From assembly GCA_965644295.1 (NCBI GenBank), contig CBFFRP010000212.1, forward strand, positions 1-64,000: a DNA stretch of 64,000 nucleotides. Reading direction: 5' to 3'. This document shows, one piece after another, positions 10,006-21,310 of the stretch. The notes under the pieces are model-generated. The model saw only the letters and a list, made by a program, of their open reading frames with translations. It was not told the origin of the DNA and did not search any database. Numbering within the stretch: the stretch's first letter is position 1; each line of letters opens with the position of its first letter. This DNA comes from Paraphysomonas bandaiensis. Its lineage: Eukaryota > Protista > Chrysophyceae. A program made the translations under genes and the position numbers.

Positions 10006-12385
10006 ATGACAGATGTTACATTTTCCCGTCGCATAGAAAATTTAAGCAGCGTGCTTGATGACATCAGCTCCTCTCCTGTGCTTGCGAAGGAGCGCGCTGC
10101 AGCCTACAGGCGATTCGCAGGAATTGCGGGCCTCGAGATACCCGAAGAGAGCGAGACCACTGAAGCGGTGCATGAGACTTGGGAGGACTTAGATAACGAG
10201 GGTACGATAGATGTGTTTGCCTTCAGGGCGGATATGATTCAGAGGGGATATGACTCTCATTGGGCGGATGCGACCTTCAAAGCATTCGACATAAAGAAGG
10301 ACGGAGAAATTAATAAATGCGAATATTTTCTTGGAGTGCTGATGGCTACAGAATCAGATAAACTTGCAGCTTTTAATGATAAGAAGTGGAATGATTTCAG
10401 GTGTAAAATGCTGTTTTCGTTTTACTGCAACGCATCTGGGGTAATGGGAGCTGCGGATTTTGCCCGCTGTGTGAAAGATTTGACGTCTATAAACCGACAA
10501 GTTGAAAAAATTATAAATGAAGTGGGGGCTGTTGATAGCAGCTGGATGTGTAACCGAGACGAGTTTATCGAGTTAGTTTCTTCTGGAAATATCGACGTAT
10601 TTTCTCACGAAAATATCAGTCGTATGCACAAACCCCCTAAGAAACCTACTCACCGTGTGACCCTAGATGACCGTCTAATAACAACAGATAATTGTTCTCC
10701 GAATCTAGATACCCATGTTTCAACTACGATTCCACTTGAGGGGAAGGCGCCTGGGCTAGTTGTACATGCTGATTTATTGCCAACCTACCACTGGCCGCAA
10801 ACTATACTGTACGATAGAAATAACGCAGCATATAAAATAGCATCTTTCGTAATGCAACAGGTGATAGGTCTCGTGTATTTACAGCTTCCAGCTGAAAAGA
10901 TGGATGAGCCACGTAAGCCGATTAGATTTCTGTACTTTTTTTATTGTGTCTTGAATGTAGACGATCTGTGGATTCAAAAGCGCGTGGTTCTCTCGACGCT
11001 ACTAGGTACTACCGAGCGCGAGAGACAGTTCCAATATGTCCAGCAGCTGTGTGAGGCTGCAAAGAAGATATTCACCGCGCAGCCAACTGTGGTCAATGTG
11101 GACGCCCCTTGCAAAGTTTTCGGAGATATTCACGGGCAGTTTAGAGATATGCTGCTTCTTTTCTCCAGGTCGCTCTCTTTTAGATACTTGCTAGTGAATT
11201 TATATCTAACTATAACTACCAGATATGGGTTTCCTAGTCACAGAGGAGGCGATATTGAATTATCATCGTATGTCTTCAATGGCGACTGGGTTGACCGAGG
11301 GCCGCATCAATTAGAGACAGTCCTTTTCCTCTTCTCAATTAAGATCCTTTACCCCACCCGTGTCTATCTCGTCAGAGGGAACCATGAGTTCAAGCAACAG
11401 AATAAAAATATGTCACGCTGTGGCGCCGTAGGTTTTGACAAGGCGTGCTGGTCGGCGTTCAAGGGGATGCTAGGAAATGTAGCATACAGACATGTTCACA
11501 AAGCATTCGACATGCTTCCACTTGTGGCTGTAGTGGACAATAGTATTGCCGTCATGCATGGGGGCCTTGGAGATGGGTATGGTATTATTCATACCTTTCT
11601 TAGTTATATAACGTGATTTTTCTCAGGTCGTGGACGCTTGATGACATACGTGCTTTGAAAAGGCCGATTTCATCTGAGCTCTCTAGTGAAATTGTCTTTA
11701 ATGTTGTGTGGAGTGATCCGATTCCGGAATTACCAATGGATGCACGTAAAGGCGCCCATACCAGTGAAAGAGACAATTTTAGAGGTACAGTGTAAATGAA
11801 TGTGATTTGCTACTGAGCTGATAGAGAAGGAATCCAGGGTTAATAAAGAGGTTTGCTATGGATATAACGGAGAAGTGGTGTGCACGTGAAAATCTTTCTC
11901 TCATAATTCGCAGCCATGAGTATAACCCTTCCGGGTTCCTTGTCATGCACGGTGGACGGTTAATTACAGTGTTTTCGGCAAGGAACTATATGGATACGCA
12001 ACTGAATGACTCTGCTCTGCTGCTACTAGCATATGATGACACGCATTCACTCAGAGTAAAGATAAAAACACTATCGAAGAAGTCCACCCCGAATTCTAGC
12101 CAGCCAATAAGCGCACAGTTTGGAACAGTCGGATCTGGGACTTCTCTGCTGGATGCTATTCAGATTCAGCCACTCTCTGACATTGAAAGGGAGAATAGTT
12201 TTGATAGCATTATATCAAAAGTGGAATCGGACACCAGTGACGCCGACCTGAAACTCCCAGAATCAGGTGTAGATTCTGCGAACGACCAAGTTGAAAGTGA
12301 TCAAGACAAGAAAAAAAATTCAACCTTTGTTAAATCACTCAGGCGGAGTGTCAAAGATTTTAAGATTTTCGGGAATAAAAAGTAA
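10006..12385 (+). CDS. PPP-family Ser/Thr protein phosphatase with N-terminal EF-hand(s) (multi-exon)
   Basis: GDIHG, GDWVDRG, RGNHE, HGG, WSDP, RSHE and TVFSARNY occur in order across ORFs 10006-11616, 11613-11795 and 11858-12385. EF-hand loop DIKKDGEINKCE. Confidence 0.92.
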
Positions 12386-12799
12386 TAATATCATGATTAG
12401 CTAAGCTATTCCATAACCGAAAACGTATGGCTGGAAGTGCTTTATAAAATAGTACCAGGTATATATCATGATTGAACGTGCGGTGCACTCAAATGAATAT
12501 ATAAATGAAGTTGCGGTAGTTGCTAAGTGTATTTTGATGCCGATCGAATATTTATTTCTCTGTGCAAGATATTAGCAGATACATATATTGTAGAACACAC
12601 GATATGAGAATCAGATTTCGATTGACATCACCGTAGTATATATTATTAAGTAAGGACAAGACTATATATCTAGTTATCATACATTGTATTTTTCGTACGT
12701 GTAGATATTAGCGGATAAATATATTGTAGGACACATGATATGACAATCATATTTCGATAAACCACACCGTTGTATTGATACAATAACAAGACTGTATAT

Positions 12800-13304
12800 T
12801 GAAAGTCTTATTATTAGCAATAGGCGTTAAAAACCTGCACTAACTTAGTAGCTAGATGAATGCTAGACAAACTACTTAGACCTCTACCTGTAACTAATCA
12901 GTACACCCTTTTTTTATCCTACTATTTAACGCTACGGAAGCTGCTTGTGCGTCGCCGCAAGCACCAAGGTGCGACCACTTCTGAGTTCTTAAGGTCGGTG
13001 AACACCCCGGATGCTTGACTTCAGCAGGCAGCCCAATACCCCGGTTACCCTTCAGGTGGGCCCTGTCCCGGATGCCCTTGAGGTGGACCCATTCCCGGAT
13101 GCCTGTTTATTCGTCAGGGCCCAAAGACGTCTACACAAGTGACACTTATTGGTGTCCCTTGTACCACACAAGCATTCGGCTATGAGTGGGCAGAAGAATA
13201 TCTGCTGACTATGTTTGCGGCTCAAGTTAGTTTCCCAGAGAAATAACTCCGGTACTTATCCCCCAGAACACCACGAAAAGGTGCGAGTCCGACTTTGTTG
13301 AGGG
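12800..13304 (-). mobile_element. Non-autonomous retroposon copy B (505 bp; head fused to tail)
   Basis: Exact 15-bp TSD AACAAGACTGTATAT at 12785-12799 and 13305-13319. Homologous to 20099-20418, 30205-30707 and 2550-2737. The 3' end reads ...TAATAATAAGACTTTCA. Confidence 0.9.
13218..13304 (-). ncRNA. Candidate HDV-like ribozyme, copy B
   Basis: Same fold elements as 20099-20184 with a few substitutions, one of them in P2'. Confidence 0.55.
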
Positions 13305-13675
13305 AACAAGACTGTATATCTAGTTAACACACCTTGTATTTCTCGTATATGGAACATGGAGTACATGTGATGTTACCAAGTTACCAAGCTGTTATTCACT
13401 GTATCATAGGGCATGAACAAATTCTTTGTGCAGTTAGAATACCGATTCCCGTATTTGAGTCATCTGTGAATGGGTGCAGTCGAGGCACATATGTTTGATG
13501 TTTATCGGGTATCGGGGCCAAATCCAAGTTCTGTTTTGGCCGTGTTGCGGCCGACGCTCCTGTGGGGTTTATGAATTTATGCCATGTAAAAGCGGCGCTG
13601 ATGATTCGTTGCCTGAGGTGATCACTAGAACTGTCAGCCGTTGCGCGCTAGTTTGCGAGGTAGTTATGTGCTGCC

Positions 13676-14562
13676 TGTTGAGTACTGCAGTATGATATGA
13701 TATATATTGTGCAATTGAAGTGAGTTAATAGTGCGCAAAAGGTGAAGTCAACTCATAGGTGTAACTGGTGATTATAGGTACAAAGGAATTAAATTCAGTT
13801 ACTGATGTGTGACTATACAAGATATAGAACTGACTGATGAACATATGATAAACAGATGTTGCTAAGAGCAGATGTTTCATCAAATGTTACACGAATATGT
13901 ATGTAGTGAAATGTTCAGAATAATAATAGTAATTTCTTACTTGAAGTGTATTGTGTTCAACATAAAGTCGAGGTAATACCAAAACCTGGTAAAGCAATTT
14001 CACCAGGTTTCAAATACTGAGTTATTATTTTACTGTAATTTGTATCTGAGAGGTTAAAGATAAAGAAAAAGTCGCAAGTATAGTTGTTATTAGCAGTATT
14101 TATTGCGTTAAAAGTTGGCCCTGCTATTATTACTTGTGTTTTGTAATATCATATTCTCATATAGCTACATCTGCTTCGCTTGAGACTGCAAACGCTCCAA
14201 CCGAATAGCCTGATTTTGGATACATTGCATACGCATATAGCTATCTTTACCACTACTACTTACAGTAGTATTAGTACCTATGCTCGGAAACGACGCGGCA
14301 ACAGCCGCTGGGGGCACATTGCTAGTAGGTGGAGGATCATAAGCAGGTGAAGGATCATTAGCAGTTAGTACAGTGTATAGTAACAACGCACAACAATAAT
14401 CAGAACAATACCGCATATATACGACATACGACCCCGTCACCATCTTTATAAACAGTATTACTTACCCTGCTCGTGCGCTTTCGTGGTATCTCTTCCTCCA
14501 TAGCAAGGTTAAGGTTTACGTGTATACCAAAGTTAACTTCAGTGAAATGTCCAATTCCAACA
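13676..14562. mobile_element. Solo LTR with 5-bp TSD, interrupted by a 550-bp insertion
   Basis: TGTTG...CAACA termini. CTGCC at 13671-13675 and 14563-14567. Colinear with 43602-43952 except for the insert at 13958-14507. Confidence 0.85.
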
Positions 14563-14749
14563 CTGCCTATTGTCTAGTAACCGGGCTCACTGTCTGGATT
14601 AATTGTGTCCACGGATGATGATAAATGTATGTCTCGAGTGTGCGATGATCGCGAAGGGTGTGGAGATCAAGGAGTATGAGGTCTATAATATATGTCTGGT
14701 CGACCGAAGATAAGTCAACTTCTAGCCAGTTATCACTAGCAACCACTAG

Positions 14750-15850
14750 GAAGATCTCTTTATCTTCGTATGCCCAGTCGCTCTTATATATATGATACTC
14801 TGCGGACCCAGGTTACGTCGTGGAGTACTGAAGGTTGTTAGTCGATCATCCGGGGACATAATTTTATTCGTTGCAAATATGTTCACAAACTGAATGGATG
14901 TATTCTAAGTAATATCCAGACGTATAAGGCCAGATTAGTTGCACTATAGGAAAACTTAAGGAGAAATAGAGGAGGCGACATCTACATTTCTACCGGGGTA
15001 AAAGGAATCACTGATAGATTAGTGTTTGATATTGCGTTCTTGCTACATATGCACGTTCATCAACAAGTTCAACAAGACCCAGATGAAGATGTCTACATGC
15101 ACCCACCATTGGATTAAGAACTCAGCAAAGGATAGTGTTTCAAGCTTATTATCAAAGAAGCTTTATACGGAATTGCCAAACGCTTGAGATGATACGGAAG
15201 ATGGGAAAGTAGAAGGGTTTTATAAACATTAGAAAGTAGAGGTGAATCTTAGTTCTAATTTGATTCGACAAAATACGCTGAGAATGTGATTAAGAAATTT
15301 TAGTCTGCCATATGGGACATAGCAGAAACCATTTCCATCCAATACACTGGAACTATTAGCTACAGAACAGGAGCAGTGGGTATCAACATTTCCGTATAAG
15401 CATAATAGAAGCAGTTCAGTATTTAGCACTTCACACATATACTCAGATCTCGCCCATGCTGCCGCATTGCTGTTGAGATATAATATATAGTGCTAAGCCT
15501 TCTAGCAATTAATCGATTGAAATACTGGAGAGAGAGGAGCGACGAATAAAGGGATCAAATTCAGTGGGAGTAGTTTGAGTTCAGTGATGGGACATACTTA
15601 TGAGACGTTCGATTGCAGGATATATTGTGTTCTTATGTGTGCTGAAGCACTATCATGATGGAATTCGAAAATATATGGCTGAGTAGCTATGCAAGAACTA
15701 ATGTGACTACGGCGGGTGTTACGAGAGCTGGGACTCACATTGACAAAGCCAACCCCATTCTTTATGAACAGCAAGAGTGCAAAAGATTCATGTGAAACTC
15801 AATACACCACAAACGATCAAAGCATATATATATAGAACTGTGAAACTGAA
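14750..15850 (+). pseudogene. Degenerate Ty1/Copia pol remnant (RT/RNase H)
   Basis: Broken-frame motifs YKARLVA (14923), DVYMHPP, ALYGI, PDLAHA-like, ELG...KSA and KRSKHI in canonical order. Boundaries approximate. Confidence 0.75.
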
Positions 15851-16180
15851 GTATCGCGACGATTCAAGATACGTATGTATATCAGTGGTTGCTATCAGAA
15901 TGTTACATTTATGGTGGTGACACAAATGTGAATGCAATGATATAATCTATCTCGCCTGGAGACTTAAATTTTCTTCAACGATCTAAGTGATAATATGAGC
16001 ACAAGTCAATATATATAGTCAAATTATTGCAGTTTCTCTAACATAATTCATCATATCATTATTCTTAAACTCGCAGTCATAATTCGAATGTTCGAACTAA
16101 TGCTTATATGGCTACACAATATTCGTGATACATATACTAGCTGCTGGGAGGGCAACAAAGCGTACACACAGATAGACTTA

Positions 16181-17132
16181 CTACACCGTTGGACCATCAG
16201 TAAATATAAACCCTCCGTCAGTGTATCTGTTCTCCTTCCTATTAATACCATCATCGGATTCCTCAATGCCTGCAACTACATAGTCGTCAGGAGGAGGGTA
16301 GCGATCGCAGAGATCATCCAGATTTTCATCGTGAAGTTGTGCAGCTTTCTTCTTAAGTCGTTTACTCATTGAAAAGGTTTCATGTGGCCTGGAGCTTGCT
16401 CTCCAGTGATCTTCAAGGTTAAGAGCACGTCGTGTTCCTATAAAATACAGTCAAACATGCTCCTTATTATCCTAGCTATACTCACATACCTGGTCTCATA
16501 ATATGAACGACACAGTTTAAGCAGTCAACGCACATCCATTCTGCGTGATTTCATGAAGTGTTATCATATGAAGCAAGGAAATCTCTCACCATCATCCTTT
16601 TCCCCTTCAATGCCAAGCTTAAAACACGGCGCTTGTATTAAGTTTCGTTGTCGTACCTGCAAATCATGTTAACAAAGATATCATTTGAAGGCATGGCTGT
16701 CACATCGACGCACGTACATTTTCAACAATCGCTTGACCAATTCTCTTTAAATGCTGTCTCGACTCCCCAGTGCATATGACAAAGTGAGATATAGCGTCCA
16801 TCTTCTGTGCTAGCTGAACTACTGAAATATCTATAGCTCTATGGGCGGAAAGTATAGTCTCTATCTCTTCGGGCTGTAGGAGCTGTCTGTGAAATAAGTA
16901 AACCCAAAGCATCACACGCACTATTGTCATACCCCTCTATCACATCCACAGCCGGGGTGGGGACTTCTTCGACCTCAATGTCTTGACGAGGAGGAACCCA
17001 GCTCCAGCTCTTGCTACTACTGTTACTGTTACCAGACGGAGAGGAGGAGCAGCAGCGAACAGACAGAGGAGGAGACTGCAACTGCAGCACCCGCTGACAT
17101 AAATACTGCACGCATCTTGCTTGTCGTATCAT
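16181..17132 (-). CDS. rsfS: Ribosomal silencing factor RsfS/Iojap (MALSU1-like), probably mitochondrial (multi-exon)
   Basis: Core ILSAHRAIDISVVQL...SHFVICTGESRQHLKRIGQAIVE, then GIEGEKDD. Arg/Ser-rich presequence-like N-terminus. Confidence 0.8.
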
Positions 17133-17490
17133 AGTGAGTTATTCGTTCAATATTCAGTGTAAATTAATGGACTCATAGACCGACCGGAAGAGTGGGATGA
17201 CATCTGCACATACAGCACTGCAGGTCTGGAGGTGTGTAGGGTGCAGGTCTACTGGTACGCTCCATTGTACTGCTGTACAGCAGTGCGAGTGTGTACAGAA
17301 GTACAGAAACACAATACAAAGGTACATACCAAATACATGGTGTATACATTGTAATACGGACTGTAGGAAATATGGTGTGTGTTGAGCGGTCTGTTACGTC
17401 AATTCAACTGGCAGACTCCCTCCCATCAAATAGCACACACATAAACACAGAGCCTAGTAAGAATATATCGGGACTAAATCTGTCGAAATA

Positions 17491-18033
17491 ATGGCATCTC
17501 AGCGCAAACTAAATATTCAGGTATGTGTTGAGTCGAAGGTCTGTATCTCACTCATGGAAATGGACGCTGTCGGCAGGTCTCCGTCTGTAAGCGCATGATC
17601 AAAGAGGCAAACTATTACGGTGCGATTATTCTTCCTATGATATTTTTTATGTTATTATGGGTCACCTTACAGTGAAAGAAGTCGCGGAAAACGAGGAGAA
17701 AGTGAGCAACATGAAAGCAGCCGGTCGCGATGTCCATGATATAAGTAAACAGGTGTAAAATACTCTGATAACGTGCAGCTTGGTCATATTTTGTAGGAAG
17801 AAGTTCTGGCGGAATCACGAATGATGATACCAGATAGTAATAGGCGCCGTGATGAGGCTTTGCAGAAACTGAAAGAGATATTGGTAAGCTTTCCTTTATT
17901 TTATTTTGTAATAATGGCCGGCGTACACCAGGAGGAAGGTTCTGATACTTTTGATGGTGAAGATCCCATTGTTGTAGAAGCTCAAAATTTAGTTGAATCA
18001 TATGTTACAGCTCAGACAGAAGACCGCACCTAG
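17491..18033 (+). CDS. TBCA: Tubulin-folding cofactor A (multi-exon)
   Basis: Spliced product MASQRKLNIQVSVCKRMIKEANYY...DVHDISKQEEVLAESRMMIPDSNRRRDEALQKL matches the TBCA signature. Confidence 0.9.
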
Positions 18034-20098
18034 ACGGTATGGAGCGGCTATTGTTTGGGCGGAAGAGTTAATATTGGTTGCTATCTTCTTTAATTAAAAA
18101 TGAACATAAAGCATTGTGTATGTCGATTTATTAACATTAGTTATATATCCATTCTGTGGTTGTAAAGCAGGTAGTCGATTTATGTTCGGCATAGTTTCTG
18201 TACACATTAGTAGCACTTTTTGTTAGGGGCACATGTTAGTAGTATGTTTGTTATACAGCAAAAGAATTCTAGAGCAATGATTTGCACACAAAACGACTGT
18301 CTTCGTTGTGCAGTGACTTGCTTAGATTATAACAAAGGACGAAGTTATAACGTAGTAAATGTGTTATAGGTGGCATACATTCCAGCCAGCCTACACTATG
18401 ACCACGCACTGTACCACTCCCTCGAAATGGGGCAGCAAATAATATATTACTGCGTAGAAATAACAATTGCAAGTGTATAATTATTCAAAAATGTTTTCAA
18501 TTAATAGTCGACTAAACCAATAAATTGAAATATATCTAATACCATCAATCTGATACTGGCGAGTTATAATTGGAGATTGGAGTGTCTATATTATTATTAC
18601 ACATAATCATAAGTGGCAGACACAACATCATGTAGCTAGTGAAAGGTTCAAACTTACTATAGGACCTTTAACATGTGTTCAAATGTGTTCAAATGTGTTC
18701 TTTCTCAAATTGGGGGGCAGATGTTGTTCAAGAGCTGCTACGTTTTTGTGTCGTGCAGGATGAAGACAAAAGCTCGGAAAGGGAATTCACTTTTGAATCA
18801 CCTGGTGACTATTAGGTCGATAAATTACAGGCCTTTGGATAAGATTTCAACGCAATAGAATTATTTCCGGTAAGTTGATTGGTAATTCGATTGGCAGACC
18901 TGTAGCGCTCATTAGCTGTGAAAGTCACATGCTAAATCTGGCTGTTTCAAACGGATATTCAAGCTTTTGGTGGAAGAATTTTTTGTAGAACTAAGTTTTC
19001 ATGACTCTGTTATGCCTCTGAAATGACAGTTTAGTAAGCTTTGTTGGCAGTTAATGTGTATCTACTAGAGTAATATTTAGCATCAACTATTTGATTTTGG
19101 CTATTAATTGACCCGCATATATGAATTGCCATAATAAGTGATTATCTAGAATCAATGATGGTAGTCTGCTTCTTCGACGCCACAAAATACCTAATATCAA
19201 GACACGTTATATATTATATAATGCAGGGCTACTAAGAACAATATACTGCAATACTTTTGTAAAGAAGGTAGAGTTCAATCAGTAGTATTGCAATATAATG
19301 TTTTTAACTGGTCCAACAATACTATTACAATATATTATATTATAATATATATATTAGTATCATTAATAAAAGCAATGAGGCACATGCATGCCTGTATATT
19401 CCTTTTTAGTGCTAGTCACTAAGAATACAACATCATGATAAACAAACCTACTACGCTTCCAAGCAAAGACTATCTATACTGCTTCCTAGCTAATACTGAT
19501 GATTCCTGTGATCCATCATCAGTGACGTCATTGTCACTATACACTATACATTCATTCGAAATTAATAAAAATAAGAATGCATCCGGCTACAAATAATGTT
19601 GATTATTTTTTTCAAAATCAACAACATGATACTTATAGTAGTGCAGTAGATGCGTAAGTTTCTAGTTTTGCTGCGCTGATCAGGCGTTCGCATGTATTGT
19701 TGGAAGAGTACAGACTACAGGACACGTGCATCTCTGTACCTCTTGATATATATCACTTTTGTTTCTTAGTTTTCGAGCCGATCAAATTATTTTCTCCGAA
19801 TTATTCTCTTTCTTTTATTTCTCTTCTGAACAACCTTTTGATATATATATAAAGCGTTCCTGACGCAAACAATTAAGATAATTAATATAGGCAGTACTGA
19901 ATAGTTTGTATACACTTAAAGTACGTCATCTCATGCTTAGTAAAGGTGGCGAGACTATCTCAGATTCAATGATACAGTATCTGAGGAAATATTGTAGTCG
20001 TACGAGAGTCTTTTCTTGTTGTCATTAGCATATTATCATGTTTACGTACAACATGCATCTAAGTCGAGTAATATGTGTATGATATATATATGGTGCAC

Positions 20099-20184
20099 CC
20101 TCAACAAAGTCGGACTCGCACCTTTTCGTGGTGTTCTGGGGGATAAGTACCGGAGATATTTCTCCGGGAAACTAACGTGAGCCG
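20099..20184 (+). ncRNA. Candidate HDV-like self-cleaving ribozyme (L1Tc/ingi type) at the retroposon 5' end, copy A
   Basis: P1 (C)CCUCAAC/GUUCUGG(G) with 2 mismatches. P2 GACUCGC/GUGAGCC. P3 ACC/GGU around L3 UUUUCGU. P4 CCGGAGA-UAUU-UCUCCGG flanked by AGUA/GAA. J4/2 CUAA with putative catalytic C20172. Confidence 0.62.
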
Positions 20185-21310
20185 CATATATAGTCAGCAG
20201 ATATATTGTTCTGCCCACTCATAGCCAAATGCTTGTGTGGTACAAGGGACACTAATAAGTGTCACTTGTGTAGACGTCTTTGGGCCCTGACGAATAAACA
20301 GGCATCCGGGAATGGGCCCACCTCAAGGGCATCCGGGACAGGGCCCACCAGAAGGGTAACCGGGGTATTGGGCTGCCTGCTGAAGTTAAGCATCCAGGAT
20401 GTTCACCTTAAGAACTCAAAACACCTGAAGTCAGCAGATGTCAGGTATATCAACATTCTGCTTGCTCCCTGCGTTTGCTTTGAGTGATTGATGCTGAGTA
20501 TGAGTTCACATTATTCGGTATCTGTGTGGCCGGCCAATGACCGAGGTAATGCGTCAAACTTTCCTCATGGATGCATGGCAATGGCAATGATGTGATTAGA
20601 CCTGTCATGTCTTCTCACACGACTACTGCCTCTAGTCTTGGTTTCTCCTGACCCAGGTCATTGAGATTATATCAAGGCTCTGGCACTGTTCTCCAAGCAG
20701 TGTCAGGTACATTTGTGGTGCTTTTATGTTATTCTTGCTTAGTAGGTTTTCATCCGAGCGGGGAAGGTGCACGGTTTCCTACTAGTGTAAGTCACTCGGG
20801 AGAAGAGTGCAAGGTGGATGCATGTGCTGGATGAGTGCACACAATGGAGGGAAGACATTGGAGTCAGCTTGAATTTGTAACAGATTTTGGTAGATGTCTG
20901 TTTCATGCGTCAGTGTGCAAAATTGCACCAGTGAGACCGCTTCGTGACCGTGGGAGGACCCGGCGCTAGAGCTACTTTATTCTCCCTTCCAGACTACCTG
21001 CTGCTGTGAACACCACCTTGAAGAGGGCCCTAAAGATCTGCCGCATATACAGGAGACATATGCCGAAGACACCGACCGCAAGTTGTTTGTGTTAGGACAA
21101 GTAGATTGGGCAGGAGCGTATGATCCGGCTTAAACACGCAACTCGTCGTATGCCCATGTAGCTAACTAAATCGTGTTGTATAGTTGAGCACTTGTCGGTG
21201 CATGCAATAGTAACTAGATGAGAGTCATGTTATGCATAGTGTCGCGCGAGTTGTTAGGTTGGTCGCGGCAACGCACAAGCTTGCGCTTCTTAATAATCAG
21301 ATTTTCAATA
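20099..21310 (+). mobile_element. Non-autonomous retroposon copy A (1212 bp; head, non-coding body, variant tail)
   Basis: Exact 15-bp TSD ATATATATGGTGCAC at 20084-20098 and 21311-21325. The 3' end TAATAATCAGATTTTCAATA resembles copies B and D. Confidence 0.9.

Larger units (their letters stand above)
12567..13349. repeat. Diverged ~135-bp tandem duplication whose second unit is split by retroposon copy B
   Basis: Unit 1 is 12567-12698. Unit 2 is 12703-12799 and resumes after 13305 (acaagact(a/g)tatatctagtta...). Confidence 0.75.

Noticed and set aside
19220-19400. hAT-like CAGGGC ends with TATTGCAATA-type subterminal words (also ~2340-2470 and ~38940-39001)
   Set aside because: Probably decayed non-autonomous transposon ends, but no paired termini or 8-bp TSD could be established.
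20287-20293. CTGACGA as a hammerhead ribozyme core in the retroposon head
   Set aside because: No stem II followed by GAAA could be built, and copy C reads TTGACGA.
20099-20420. tRNA-derived SINE head
   Set aside because: No convincing Pol III A/B boxes or cloverleaf; the HDV-like fold explains the 5' end better.
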